The notes beneath the pieces are model-generated. The model was given only the letters and a program-made list of their open reading frames with translations. It ran no database searches and was not told the DNA's origin. DNA of 64,000 bases from Carcharhinus amblyrhynchos (lineage: Eukaryota): positions 25,606,001-25,670,000 of the forward strand of contig OZ336890.1 of NCBI GenBank assembly GCA_965287045.1. The letters are read 5' to 3'. The position numbers and the translations under genes were made by a program. This document shows positions 24,415 to 38,351 of the stretch, piece after piece (the first letter of the stretch is position 1; each line of letters starts with the position of its first letter).

Positions 24415-25825
24415 AATCATAGGACTTAAGACATGGAAACTCACTATTCATCCAAACACTCCAATTCATATTTCACGTCCACCCAAGCCAATACTTCTAC
24501 TTATATTTACTCATCCCATTCCCATATCTGTTTGTCCCCTTTCCAGCATCCACCTAACACCAAATGCTGATCTAATTGCTGCCTCAACCAATAACCATGC
24601 AAGTGAATCTCACAGTTTCAAAACCCTTGAGTACACAAGGTTTCTCAAGTCTTTTCTTAAAACATCTCTTGCACAAACTCTTGCCTCTTGCCTGCCCTTC
24701 TTGATACCTCTGCTCCTGAAAGAAATCTGTTTTACCCCATCCTTTTATAATTTTAAATAAGACGGTAATTGTTCCTTTACTCAATCCTTTCTTCATATTC
24801 ATATTGCCTCTTACCAAGCAGCATCCTAGTGGCTCACTATTGTGCTGTCTTTAAAACCTCAATATCCTTCTTATAGTATGAAGCCCAATGCCTCACAGAA
24901 CACTGACAGATCCTGTTAAAATTTTATATAAAGTCAACATAACCTGCTGGATTCAATTATTCATGTGATAAACTGAGAATTATATTAGCTTTTATTTACA
25001 GGCTTATCTACCCAGTGGTGCTGCCTTTAATGTTAGATAGGGCAGCACAGTGGTACAATGGTTAGCACTGCTGCCGCACAGCGCAAGGGACCTGGGTTCA
25101 ATTCCATCACAGCCTTCAGTGTGGATTTTGCACGTTCTCCCATGTCTACATGGGTTTCCTCCAGTTTCTTTCCAAGGTCCAAAGATGTGCAGGTTAGATT
25201 GATTTGCCATGGTAAATTGTCCCTGAGCATCCCAAGATATATAGGTTAAGGGGATTAGTGGAGTAGAAACATGGGGTTACACGGTAAGCCTGGGTACAAG
25301 TCAGTAAGACTCAATGACTAAATAGCCTCCTTCTGCACTGTAAGGATTCGATACTTGAACAAAATTTCTCCGCTCTTCCACAGCATCAATCATACTTCCA
25401 TTGAGAATTAATGAATGCTGTTATTTTTCACCAATATGAACCACCTGACATTTGCTGATATTGAGTTCCATCTGCCATTTTTTATCTGACTGCCCCCATC
25501 TTATCTCATTACAACTTCCTTTGGTCTTGTCAAGAATTAGCTAGAAGTCCTACTTTGGTATTCTTTTCAAATTTGGACACTACTCCTTCTAGATTATTGA
25601 TACATACAGCAAATAGAAGTAGCCCCAGAACCAAACCCTGAGAGACATGATTGGTTGCTTCCAACCACTTTGAAAATCTTCTACTCCCATTCTACTCAAT
25701 TTTTAAAGTAGTTTAATACCTTCCCCAATTCCATTCCTTTTCACTTTCTTTGATAATCTCCCAAGCAGTCCCTTGTCAAAGGCTTTCCTAAAGTCCATGT
25801 GCTGATCTATTTCATCCACCTGTAA
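24415..25825 (-). mobile_element. Old CR1 LINE (RT region) interrupted by an HE1 SINE
   Basis: Minus-strand remnants KWQMELNISKCQVVHIGEK (~25425-25480) and DFRKAFDK (~25770-25797); decayed 3' part at 24415-25030. Confidence 0.7.
25040..25352 (+). mobile_element. HE1-type SINE nested in old CR1
   Basis: GGGCAGCACAGTGGTACAATGGTTAGCACTGCTGCC...CCTCCTTCTGCACTGTAAGGATTC. Confidence 0.9.
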
Positions 25826-26049
25826 GTCTAAAAGAACTAAGAACAATATAACAGACCCTTTAGCCCACCAAGCCTGTGCCGATTCCCTGTATCTATCCCC
25901 CCATTCTATCCCTCAAAAGAATCACTGCCCCTTGTCCCTTCCTCAGCTGATCTGCTGTTGAATTCCCCCATGCATGCCTTTTCCCCCTCCAAGACCTAAT
26001 TACTACAATGCTAGCCAGCTTGCCTTCCAACTACCACCCCCATGAATTT

Positions 26050-26445
26050 CAACTTATCAAAACTTTGCAGCCTATTTCTTATGCGGGAGAAAATCCCACT
26101 CGCTCGTCTTTGTCCTTGCTGACTTACATTATTCCCTGGTCCTCAACACCTCAAGTTTATCATTTTAATTGTTGTGTTTAAATTTCACCTCTCACAGTCC
26201 CTCCCCACTACTGCCAATGGCCTTACCTCTCCATAACTCATTTGCTTTTTCACTCCTCCTGAACACTCAATTCTCCTGCCTCTAGCTACTCGTGTCCCCT
26301 CACCATTAGCGGTCATGATTTCAGCCACCTTGATCCCAAGCTTAGCTGGAGTTCCCTCCTTGAACTCCACTGCCTCTCTAACTCCCTCTCCTCCATTAAG
26401 ATCCTCCTTAAAAGGAACCACTTTTCCCAAGCTTTTGACATTCAC
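26050..26445 (+). mobile_element. Degraded L2 3' fragment
   Basis: CCTTGCTGACTTACATT...GTGTTTAAA...ATGGCCTTACCTCTCCATAACTC; homologous in opposite orientation to 6905-7345. Confidence 0.6.
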
Positions 26446-26454
26446 TTTTCTTTC

Positions 26455-26732
26455 CTTACGTATTCAAGTGCTCATCTAAATCCTCCTTGAATGTTGTGAG
26501 GGTTCCCACCTCTATCACCCTTTAAGGCAGTGACTTCCAAGAGTCCCACTACGCTCTGGGTGAAAAGGCTTTTTCCTCACATCTCCTACAAACCTCCTGT
26601 CCCTTGACTTGAATCTATGTCCCCTGGTTATTGACTCCTCTGCTAAGGGAAAAGGTTCCTTCCTGCTTGAAGGTCAGCAGGGACATGATGGGCCAAAGGG
26701 CCTCTTTCCATGCTGTAAAACTGTATGACTCT
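26455..26732. mobile_element. CR1-like LINE 3' end with internal inversion
   Basis: 26455-26665 is the ORF2 C-terminal region on the minus strand; 26665-26732 is the extreme 3' tail on the plus strand (GATGGGCCAAAGGGCCTCTTTCCATGCTGTAAAACTGTATGACTCT). Confidence 0.75.
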
Positions 26733-27944
26733 GTGGCTGGAATCTTACCACCGTTCACACTGGATGGATTTTCCCATCCTGCCGCAGTGAATGGAGATTT
26801 GGCTGACTGCCAACTGCAGGATATAATTGACAACCGACTGGAAGGTTGGTGGTCCATATCTCCTGAACCATCCTTTATACGAGCTCTGTGTGGAGGTCAG
26901 ACTGTCTGTTACCATGGTGACTGCATGCCGCTGCCTGTTTTCCCGCTATACGTTATACTTCCAGGTGGGAGAACGTGATTATCGGCCTCAGAAATGGGTA
27001 TCTCCTTTCCCTGACTCCTTTGCATGAGTTTCCAGTAAACACATCTTCCCTCACTTGTTAACACTTAATAACACAGCTTTTCTGTTCAGTAAATATCTGT
27101 TCTCATCTTCCCACCACTGTTGCAAGTCCTCAAACTCTGCAAATTACAGTTCACAGCTGATTGTGTTTTTCCCATCACACGCTGTGAGAAGGATGTAGCC
27201 CACATTTTTAAAGGAATAAATTGTGTAAGCCATCCTTGCAGCACATAAAAAAAGGCAAAGGTTGACCCTCGCGGTACACAAATAGCAATTTCCCAGTTCT
27301 AATGTGTATTTCGAATGTGACAAGGGAATGCCACACTCAAGAATTTAAACTTGAAAACAATAGAGCTTTCCAATCTCAATTGAGAAATTACACACATGAA
27401 TTAACATTTTTAATTTATATTCCATTAATAACAATTAATGAAAATAGTCATCTGATATTATGTTTTGTTATAAGGTCTTTGATTCCCCAAAAACAAAACA
27501 AAAGTGCCAAGCAAAGTTAAAACAGCAGTCATTCATTTTTATGTCACTTTTTTTTTACTTTAAAGGCAATGCATCAATGCAAGTTATGGTTCTAATGTGG
27601 CTTTCAGCCTTTATTGAGGCGAGACATGCATATCCTTTTAATAGAAATTACTTATATAAAGTATTGGTTCATTTGTCAATCGAATTACCTCTGGTTGGTA
27701 AATCTAAGGAATCAATAATCGACACCACTGAATGTGGTCAAGGTTTTATGAACTGGTTTTATGGCGATAAAGGTTTATTAATATAGATTGTCCATCATGC
27801 AGTTTGTCAATTTGTTCCATAATTAGTATCCAAGATTTGTTGACACTATGTTGACATAAACAGTAAGCAGATCATTAAACTAGCTTGCCAATGAGACTTC
27901 ATCAGCTTTGAAGTTTTTTAATCTGCTCCTGGAATGAATTGTTA

Positions 27945-28252
27945 TTTTATTCATTTGTGGGACATGGACGTTGCTGGCTGGCCAGCATTTATTGCCCATC
28001 CCAGTTTAGGGGCAACCACATTGCTGAGGCTCTGGAGTCACATGTAGGCTTGACCAGGTAAGGATGGCAGATTTCCTTCCCTAAAGAACATTAGTGAATC
28101 TGACGGGTTCTTCCGACAATTGACAATGGTTTCATGGTCATCAGTAGATTCTTACTTTCAGATTTTGTTAATTGAATTCAAATTCCATCAGCTGCCATGA
28201 CGGTTTCTGGATTAGTTCTCTGGTGATAATACCATTAGGCCATAGCCTCCCC
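27945..28252 (-). mobile_element. tRNA-derived SINE of a second family with GGGCAATAAATGCTGGCC LINE-derived tail
   Basis: Reverse complement begins GGGAGGCTATGGCCTAATGGTATT and ends GGGATGGGCAATAAATGCTGGCCAGCC; tail shared with the LINE fragment at 40130-40235. Confidence 0.8.
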
Positions 28253-28499
28253 AGGGATGCATCCTGCAGACAAAGGGTGGCATCAAATTTGTCAAGAATT
28301 GAAGTGTGATCTTAATTTGTCCAGCATCAAATATCTATGATGCATTTCGTTTAAAATGACCCTGTTTCCATCTGAAGAATATGCTTGTAGATCAATGTCT
28401 GAAAGTTTTGTTCAAAAACACTTTGCCTAATTTGTACTGTCCGAAGAAACAGTGCTGCCATGACCCTTCTTGTAATGTGGAAAGTGCACAATCTCCAGC

Positions 28500-28720
28500 A
28501 ACCAAAAGAATATCAGCAGTAGATGCATGGGAATGTAATCACCTCCAAGTTTTCCTCTAAACTGGGCATATGTTTCACTGACATTGGATCAAAATCCTGA
28601 AACTGTCTGATTACCTGCGCTGGAGTGAGTACATTCACCGTGCAGACTGCAAGAAGGCAGCCCACCAGCTTTTCATGAGCAACTAGATTTGGGCGCTAAA
28701 ATGCCAGCCTTGACAGGAAT
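28500..28720 (+). mobile_element. Degraded LINE 3' tail fragment
   Basis: Similar to 5378-5520 and 40130-40235 (GGATCAAAATCCTG...AAGAAGGCAGCCCACC...GAGCAACTAG). Confidence 0.55.
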
Positions 28721-31342
28721 GGCAACAAGAATGAGATAAAAACATTATGATGCAGCAGGGTGAACAGAACTCCAGAAATGCTCTATCCAGCTTAATAGAT
28801 TTAGCCTGAGACTGTTAAAATTACACAAAAAACAATGAAATATCAACAGACAGAAATGTGAGACAGAATACACGTTGTTAAATAGCAACAGCATTGCTTC
28901 ATGAGGTAGCTATTTCCAGTTTAAGAAAAGAACACAGTTTGGGCGTTCATCCAGCTCAGATGATCTCCAAAGACTTCCACTGATTCCTCTCATTTAATTA
29001 CATTACATTATCCATTATTTCATTCTAGACTTTTACAGAAACAAAACAATTACCATAAAAGTGTAAATGACAGGCCCAGCTGACTGACAGCTCACTGCTT
29101 CATTTTGAAATCTGAAAATTAAAATTCTGATCTGCAGAAATGTGAAGGATGTTGCATCATTAGAAGATGCACGAGGAATATGTATTTTGTCCCACAAGGA
29201 AAGAAGGTCTCAGAACATAACAGTTGGTTAGGAAGCTGTGCTCAGAATGCAATAAACATTGCACCCAATGTGCATTTGGTTTATCTCAATTATTTTTTGA
29301 CAAGTCAACTAGAAGGACATATATTCAGAGGTTATTTCGAATAGGCGCTGAACGTGTTCTGATCTAATGAAAATATGAGCCAGGGATGCTCTTAAATAGC
29401 ACTTCCTTTCTGATATTTAACAATAAAAGCAAGATGAATTGCAAACATATATTCAGCACCAAGCTTATTTTAAGTCACTGGGCACATGAGTGGTAAGCCA
29501 CTTGTGTACTTACAAGGCTCAAAACTAATAATATATTTATACACATCTGTATTCATCCCCGATCTTCTATCCTTGTTCTCCTTAATTCTTAATTCTTCTT
29601 CTCTATTCTTCAAATCATCTAGCCTGCTAAAGTAAAGAGCATTTTAAATATTGTGCAAAATATTTATCTGAGGACTTTGGTTGCAACTCTTGCCTGATGT
29701 AAACAGAATAATAATGAATTAGTGCTGCAGTTGGTGGTCCAAGTAGCACTGTGGATTTCTATTGCATGCTCATTTTGTCTTTAGGATCTGATCTTACCCA
29801 AACTGTTTGTTGAATGTTTCCTTTCCCTTCCACCCTAAAGTAAAGTGAGTTTGAATTGTTCAACCAAGTGTGAGATTCCAGAACAAAAACTGTCCACAAT
29901 TTGTTGCTAACTGGTAACGTCTTCCAGCAATACTACAAAAATGGTTGGTAACTTTTCTTAAGGTTGGACCAGAATATTTATTTAGCAAATGCAAAGCTCT
30001 GAAGCCAAGCGATAGCCTCCTCATTTGCTGAGTTTAAGGTGATTAGTCCACCAATTAGTCTGTAGAGAGGGCACTGCTGGGTAATGTGCAGCACTGTTTG
30101 TGTTTTTTCACTAGTGTGTAAAGGGGTTTGTACTGAGGTTCCAGAGCTGGAGGTTGGCTGCACAGGGGCCCTGGTCAGCCCTGAACCTATTTACTAGGGA
30201 CCACTGTCGCCATGGCAGTTCAAAGCCTGCCATCTGACAAATGGGGGTTTGTCACAAGGAACTTGTGAGTGACTTTCCATCTTTCCAATTCTTTGATCAA
30301 AAGGATGTCTGCCAGTAGATCATGCTCTGGAAAGGGGTGCCAAGATGGAAGGTGGACAATAGGTGGGTTACACATGTCATCATGGAGGGATAAGTGACTA
30401 GAACATGATCATGATATCCCTTACCAGACCATGCTTAATGTCAAAGTTGGATCCCTAAATATTAGCTTTCTGCACAATGAGGGAGAGAGGAAAAAATTAA
30501 GTTACATCGTTTAAAACACATCCCAAAGTAATTTAAGGTATTTTGTTGCTGCTTGTCTCAAAGCTACTGTATCACATTAGTTATGTAATATTGGCACGGT
30601 TATCATTTTAAAGTTCTTCGTTTCATAAAAAAGAGCTTTGAATTGTCCACACATATTAAATGCATGTAGCACATGTTTGTTGTCTTTTCATTTTGACAGG
30701 CACATAAAGCCTGAAAAATATAAACTAAAAAAAAGCAAAAAGCTATAACACAATTGAGTTTGAATAATATAATGAGCAATTAAAGTGAAGTTGAAATGCG
30801 TTGTAAATATTACCTGCAGCCCACAATTAGATTACAGCCTTGAACCTGATTTCTAATATCTAATATTTTGCATAACGTGCACAGTTTGTGCTTTTTTTTA
30901 AATTAAGAATTACTGCTTACATTCCTCACTACTGTCTGGGAAGCTGCATGGCAACAGTGGTGTGAACTATGGTGTTTGGAAGGGAGCATTAACCTCCTTT
31001 GCAACATCATTACTGCAGTATTACCAAGACATAATTTGCAGTAGATTGTAGGGAAAGTCTCTACTCTGTGTATGTCATTACCTCTTGTCTCAGGTGAATA
31101 GTTAATTTCACTATCCGCATTATCAACACATGTGAACATCAAAGGGAACAACTTATATAAGGGACACCAAACCAACATGTAGTCACACAAATTAAAAACT
31201 CCCTTCATATTATGTTGAAACAAAATCTATATGAATAGACCAAAACTTATTTATATTGTTCAACCAAAAACTGCATTTTGACGGAACAAACAATAATGGC
31301 AGACATTTCACACGTTACGGCGATCCTGAATGTGTTAAGCCT

Positions 31343-31641
31343 ATTTTTTAGTGTCACAAATAGGCTGACATTAACACTGCAGTGAAGTTACTGTGAAAAT
31401 CCCCTGGTTGCCACACTTCAGTGCCTGTTCAGGTATACTGAGGGAGAATTTAGCATGGCCAATGGACCTAAACAGCACGTCTTTTGGACTGTGGGAGGAA
31501 ACTGGGGCACCCGGAGGAAACCCACGCAGACATGGGGAGAACGTACAGACTTTGCACAGACACTGATCCAAGCCAGGAATTGAACCCAGGTCCCTGGCAC
31601 TATGAGGCTGCAGCACTAACCACTGTGCCACTGTGCCGCCC
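31343..31641 (-). mobile_element. HE1-related SINE, tail type B
   Basis: Same structure as 18836-19133. Confidence 0.92.
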
Positions 31642-33389
31642 GCCTAGTTAATATTCAACCAAAAACCTCATTCTGACTGAGCAAACAACGATGGCATTGG
31701 GGTGATTCTGAATGTTCCTTCATTCATGAAAGACACTTCACGTGCCTGGTGTATTATAAATACTTTTCATGAAAGAACTCTATCCTTAGGTCGATGTGCT
31801 CGCTCATACTGCATACGTAACAGTCTCTCGACTATCGGCTAGTCCAAACCCACTCTACTTATAGAATTCCAGGCAGAACCATTTCTCTGTCAGTGCGATT
31901 ATGTGGAATTTCTGATTTAGATACAGCAATTTACTAAGTAATCCTGTATTAAGCTATAATGCGATCCTTACTGTTCCTGTTAATACTTGCCACTTTGAGT
32001 AATCTATGACTTAAATTCAAATGTAAAAGATTATTTTGTTAATATTTCCTCCTTACTGCAAGCGTACTATTGTGGCTCAGTTTTACTTGCAGAGTGAATG
32101 AATAAAGCAGGCTGAAATACAAATATCAGCGATTTGTCATTCTTTTTGGGTCTACAGAAATTTTGATCTAAGCATAATCCAGCTTCAAGCATGAAATTTC
32201 CAGGGAAATAAAGAATACATTTCCAGCATTCAACTGGAATGCAAAACTATCTCCAAGGATATAAATGTAGTGCATTGTTCTTCAAAAGTTTCTCTTGTAA
32301 ATTCATCTCATTAACTGGCAGGAAAATCTTGCAGCACCCCAGGGGCTAGCCATCAAAAAAAATTAACCTTAAAAATACTCGGACTTTTGCATCAGCCCCA
32401 GATCATAGCAAGATGTTTTGTCTCAAGGAAAGAAAATCCTACTGCCCAGTGATGTGAATATGATTGGGAAAGAAAGCTAATCAATAGTGAATGAGGAGGT
32501 GCCATCGCCAGGGATTTTAATGTGTCAAGATTCATTTAACTATCGAGTGTTAAGGTGGCAAAATGGATCATTATTCACAGACAGCCTCGCAGCCCCCAGT
32601 TCACGTTTAACACCAGATTAGACCAATCAGCTTGGAGAACAGAGTGTTGCACAAAAGGACTCTGTATCAATTAACTGTATTTTCCGCTTTCTGTTGTGGG
32701 AACAGATAAGGAACATCTCCAAAAAGGTGCTAAATTCAATTTAAATTACTATCGATAACACTTCTTATCTTGTTAACAATGTTCATACTTCCTCTTTACA
32801 TAAAATACAGTGCGCTCCCACTTATCAACATTTCTGCCCTGGCCTACTTTTAGTAAATGCAAGAAAGTGTAAAAGTTATTATTGCTAGGCATGTCTTGGA
32901 GAACCAGTGTTTTTTTTTTGGATTCCTACAGACTGTGAGCTGAGCCTGAGGGCCTCGGTTGGGCCACTAGGCACAACACAAAATGAAGCCTTGATTCACA
33001 ACCAGCACGAGGGAAAACTGCACTGCTACAGAAGCAACTGTCAAGTGTAAGCAATAGCAGCACAGCAACTCCTGCAACTTTTTTTTCCCCTCTGAGGTTC
33101 AGGGTAAGAATCTGTCCTCCATCAAACAGCTTCTCACAGCAGCAAATCAGAATTCATATATGCAAAGCCATAGGTGAAAACCATGGATGATACTTCTCAT
33201 TTATACATCAAATGTGGAGATTCAGTAGTGTTTCCTTCTATATCACCCAGTGTCAAAAATACATTTACAAAATATGTCATTAGTATCCAGTGCAGAATCA
33301 ATGCAGTGACAGAATGACAGCAAAGGTAATTGAATAATACACAACTAAATTGAAACTTGTATTGGGCTGAGATGTAATTAAACAATGAA

Positions 33390-33846
33390 TTGGGAATGTC
33401 ATATGAGGAGGGACTAAGTCAGTTAGGATTGTATTCATTGGAGTTTAGAAGAGTGAGAGAGGATCTCATCTCATAGAACTTATAAAATTCTACCAGGGCT
33501 AGATACGATGGATTCAGAAAGAGTGCTCCCAATAGTGGGGGAGTCCAGAACTAAGGGTCTTAGTTTGAGGATAAACCTTTTAGAAATGAGGTGAGGAGAA
33601 ATTTCTTCACCCAGAGAGTGGTAGATGTGTGGAATTCGCTACCACAGAAAGTAATTGAGGCCAATATGTTGTGCAATTTCAAGAAAATATTAGATATAGC
33701 TCTTGGGGCTAAGGGGATCATGGGATACGCAGGGGAAGGGGGAAATCAGGATACTGAATTTGATGATCAGCCAAGATCATAATGAATGGCAGAGCAAGTC
33801 AAAGGGCCGAATGGTCTACGCCTGCTTCTGGTTTCTATCTTTCTAT
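33390..33846 (+). mobile_element. CR1/HER1-like LINE 3' fragment
   Basis: ORF 33591..33782 RRNFFTQRVVDVWNSLPQKVIEA...FKKILDIAL; tail TTTCTATCTTTCTAT; same subfamily as 10214-12240. Confidence 0.92.
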
Positions 33847-35619
33847 AATTGGCATTTTTAGGGTTGAATACAAACACAATATAATACTGGGCATTGTGTG
33901 GGAATGTGTTATTCAGGAGATTGGGTAACAGAGCGGGGAAGTTTGGGGAAAATGACAAGATGTAAATATTGGGAGGCTGACAATTATGTGACAATGGTAA
34001 AATACTCAGAACAGAATGACATGCAGATACGACAGCAACAGTGTTACGTGTAATACAGTACGAATTCTGTTCCAGTTGTGGAAAGTCTTACGGATTGTGG
34101 TTAAGTGTTGTTTGAGTAATTTTCTATCATCGTAATTGGGGTTATATTGTTGTGTTGCTGTTGGCAGGCCTCAGTCATTACACCATTGTTAGGAGTGAGA
34201 TGCACCCTGCGCAGTCTTTATCATTGCCATTCATAATGAGGGCTAATTAATTTATGCAAATGTGGGTTAATTCACTCTTATTAAGAAGTTTCAGGCAAAT
34301 ATTGCTATGCCAATGTCTCAATTTCATGAAATTTTGTATACAAATTAGTATCAATATTTATCTTGCTTTTTTAATTAAAGACTCATTTGCATGTTAATGA
34401 GGTCTAATTAGCACTAATTAAGAGCAGAACCTGAGAGAGAACAGACTGAGAACCAGGACATGACGCAGCATTAGTTTGTAGAATTAACACATACACTGCT
34501 TACAAAATAAAAATACTTTCCTTCCGCTTATCCATTCATATTGGGTGCATTGGAGTCGTTTGATTTTTGATCCGCATGTTCCTTCAGGGTTAATGTGCGT
34601 GCTGTCACATCTATAATGTGATGCATCTTTAGTGTTGGGTGCTTCTGCGTGTGTGTTTGTGTGTGTGGTGTCTGCCCTGGTGTGCCATGGCTCATTCAGC
34701 TGCCCAGCAGATTCAAAGTGGAAACAGTATTGGAACGTCATCTGGTTAGCACCAGGGAAGTCACATTCACAGCAGGTACAGTACACAAACATCCTAGGAC
34801 ATTTTTAATTACTTATATTTTCAGCCCCAAGGATAAATCTGAAGCAAAACATTAAAATGTATTTATTCTATTGCTACTGGGGGAAAAAAAATTGGCCTCC
34901 CAAGGAGGATGCAGCTGTAAAAAACCACCATTTGTTTTAAGTACAGCAGTTATTTAAAAAGGAGAGAAAGTGGATGGCTTTAAAAAGATGCAGGATTCCA
35001 CAAAAAAGTAATTCTAAACCTCAGGACACAGATTCCTTATGTTGGTGGAAACTAATTTGTTGGGAACAAGAAGACACAGCCTACCATTTCCAAAAGTAAC
35101 ATTTTAAAATAACTCAACACTATTGATTTTGTTCTTTATTCTGAAAGTGGATTAACCCCGGTATTGTTAATTTTTGCAGCAGTACTAATCTTTCCAGCAG
35201 CATAAACTCATGCAAGATACACAAACCTCTGCCACCACCCATACAACATGAACACTATATCTTAGGCTTACAAAGGAGTTAGGTGGAGTCGCAATCAATA
35301 GTCAAACCCTTCTACTGTGTGCCGTGATGATTATTTCGAAATGAGTAAGCTTTGTACACAAGGCTGATGAAAAATATCAGACCCAGTGCATTAACTCTTA
35401 TTAGTAATGCACTGTTTTTACGATGTATTCAGCTCCCTCAATCGTTGCACAGGATTTCCATGCTATAATCAAGGCAGCGGGGATTCAAGGATGGCTCGCT
35501 GCAGTAATAGAGCATTTAAAATTTGAAACAAAAAAGATTTTTCAGCATATAACCTCTGAATGTCATTAATAATGGAGTTCCGAAGTGGTGTGATTCTCAA
35601 GTGGGACTGCTGAGCTCGC

Positions 35620-35930
35620 CACCTCCTACTGCCAGGTTACTAACTCTTATTGAGGTCCAGTTTCACATCCCACTGCACTTCCGAAGCCTTGCTTAAATGG
35701 CCATTTTTCATGTGTAACCCTCAAGACTGAATAATGACAAACCCTCTACCATCAACAGCACCATCACCAAGGTTGACATCTACTTGTGAACCTGGCCTTG
35801 CTAGATAGCAATCAGGAAGGGACACCTAACTCATTTTCCCCAGTCTTTCCCAACATCACATGTGGTTAGCCGTAACATCACGTGTGCTACACCCAGCTGA
35901 GATCAGACTGGAATGAAACTGGAGACTCCT
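35620..35930 (-). mobile_element. Ancient degraded SINE (third family)
   Basis: Shares motifs (GGCCATTTTTCATGTGT, GATAGCAATCAGGA, GCTGAGATCAG) with 45040-45350 and 1-40. Confidence 0.4.
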
Positions 35931-36647
35931 ATGAAGGAATTACCATTTGTGGATGGAACCCCAATAATCAGTGACATGTAACATCAGGACAGGGTTTCAT
36001 CCCAACCATTCCCCTCCACACATGGTGCTCCTGGGCTCATTGCCAAATGAAGGAGGCCAAGAGGAGAAGCTGGGGGAATGGAAAACTGACCAACATGTAC
36101 AATGGCCTTGCACCCTGCCTCACATGCCGTTATTGAACTCTCCTTGAAGTGGTTAGGAAAAAGGTTCCACACCAACTTCCTTGAGAGGGTAACATGCCTG
36201 GAGTCTAAAAGGGGAAAGGAAATAGAGGGAAAAATTTCAATGAAAGACATTAACAGCTAAAGGTGCTAACTTTGGGTAAGTGGGTACTGGGACTGTTTCA
36301 TTTCTATTGGATACTTTTTAAATTCATGGTGCTACATTTGGGAAGCAGGGTGGGGAAATGTCTCTTAAATTTCTATAGTAAACAAGGCATTTCATTTCCA
36401 ACATTTTGGCATCATTGTGAAAGATATTTTATGAGTGGATGGACACTAATTCAGCACTAGGTACTGCCATATTGTACCACGAAATACAATAAATCTTTGC
36501 CATCATGTGCTACAAATTATGGTTTACAGATGCTCCAGTGCAAGCAGTCAAACGTAATCTGAACTGCGTGTTTGACAATGGCATTGTGTAAAATAGAAGA
36601 TTAAAAAATTAGCCAGGTTGGGGAAGAAGGCCTTGGGTTGGGCTGTC

Positions 36648-36840
36648 CATAGAATCATAGAAGCCCTACAGTGCAGAAGGAGGCCATTGAGCCCATTGGG
36701 TCTGCACCAACAACAATCCCACCCAGGCTCTTATCTCCGTAATCCAGCATATCCATCCAGTTAATCCCTCTAAACTAAGCATCCCGGGACAATAAGGGGC
36801 AGTTTAGCATGGCCAATGCACCTAACCCGCACATCTTTGG
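36648..36840 (-). mobile_element. HE1-type SINE 3' half
   Basis: CATAGAATCATAGAAGCCCTACAGTGCAGAAGGAGGCC ... CACATCTTTGG. Confidence 0.88.
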
Positions 36841-37186
36841 ATGTGAAGTAGATGGGGAAGGAAGCTGCTGAAGATAATATCTGCAGTATCTTATGCTGTT
36901 TCTGATCAGTTGATGATTATAGCTGTATTTCATCAATCTACATTTTGAGTACTTCACAACTAGCAACTGAACACAAGCTACTTAAATCAGGTCACAATTT
37001 CAAAAACATAGAGCTGACAAAAATGGATGTTAAAACAAATAACAAATGGTTTAGTGAAGGTGACCATAAAGCAGATTGCTTTGCACTGTCGCACTGCTTT
37101 TCATTTTTATGCATGTTTACTGCATAAGTACAGCACAAAATAACCCAGCAGATATTCTGAATTACTTCATAGATACAACATCAATT

Positions 37187-37499
37187 TAAGTTTATTTATT
37201 AGTGTCACATGTAGGCGTACGTTAACACTGTTTACACATTAACGCACAGATACTGTGAAAATCCCCCAGGTTCCGCACTCCGGCACCTGTTCGGGTACAC
37301 TGAGGGAGAATTTAGCATGGCCAATTCGCCTAACCAGCACACGTCTCAGACTTTGGGAGGAAACCAAAGCACCCGGACGAAACCCACACAGACAGGGGGA
37401 GAATGTGCAGTCTCCGCACAGACAGTGACCTAAGTCAGGAATGGAACCTGGGTCCCTGGCGCTGTGAGGCAGCAGTGCTAACCACTGTACCACCATGCT
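37187..37499 (-). mobile_element. HE1-related SINE, tail type B
   Basis: Same structure as 18836-19133. Confidence 0.92.
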
Positions 37500-38351
37500 G
37501 ATCAAGCACTCGCATAACCTGACGGGGTTAATGTAACGTAAACTGTGCAGTATAATTTCTGAAAAACCAGAGCTGTAACACTATGAGCAAAATTTACCGT
37601 CCCTGCCAGTGGTACAAATTGTGGTGGGCGAGGTCATTAAACTTGATGTGATTGTCAAAGTCCCGCCAGGGGAAAATTAGTTTGGCATTTTGTTCTGCCG
37701 ATTTTAATGCGTTAAAGGCAACTCGAGTTTCCCCATTGATCTCTGTCATGAACCACATTTGCCTCTCCTGAATGCTCATTTAAAAGCCATCATTACGTTC
37801 CCCCTTTAAATTAAGTGCCCCGCCAGCCGATATTTATATCAGCCTGTTTCCTCACATTACATAAATGGCGTGAATCTTGTGAGCTTCACTTTATCAATGG
37901 CCTACAGATGCTCAGACACTGCTTGCACTTATCTTTAAGCATGTCAGTGCGAGATTTCAAGTGCTTGTATCACAAACTGTGCCAAGGCCCGACAGGGAAA
38001 GCAGGTTTCTGGGGGGGAAGGGTGGGATGTCCGGGGAAGGGTGAAAGAGCGTCTTAGAGGATGGGATCCATGATGTTGACAGTGGGGGTCTTGGGGTAGA
38101 ACTCTGAGCACTGGTGACCGGGTACAGTCAGTCAGAGGGTGGAGTGGGATGTGATAGATGTGGCAGGTCCATGGTAATAGTCTGGTAAATGATGGGTCAC
38201 ACAGGGGACCAGGAGACGCAGCTCAGATAATGCGAGGTGGGAGGGTCAGGGTAGATAGACATGGAGCAATAACTGGTGTTGCACTAAGGGGAGTAATGGC
38301 TTGTGGAGGTGAATCATTATAGGATCCAGAGCAACGGGGGTTAGTTCGTGT

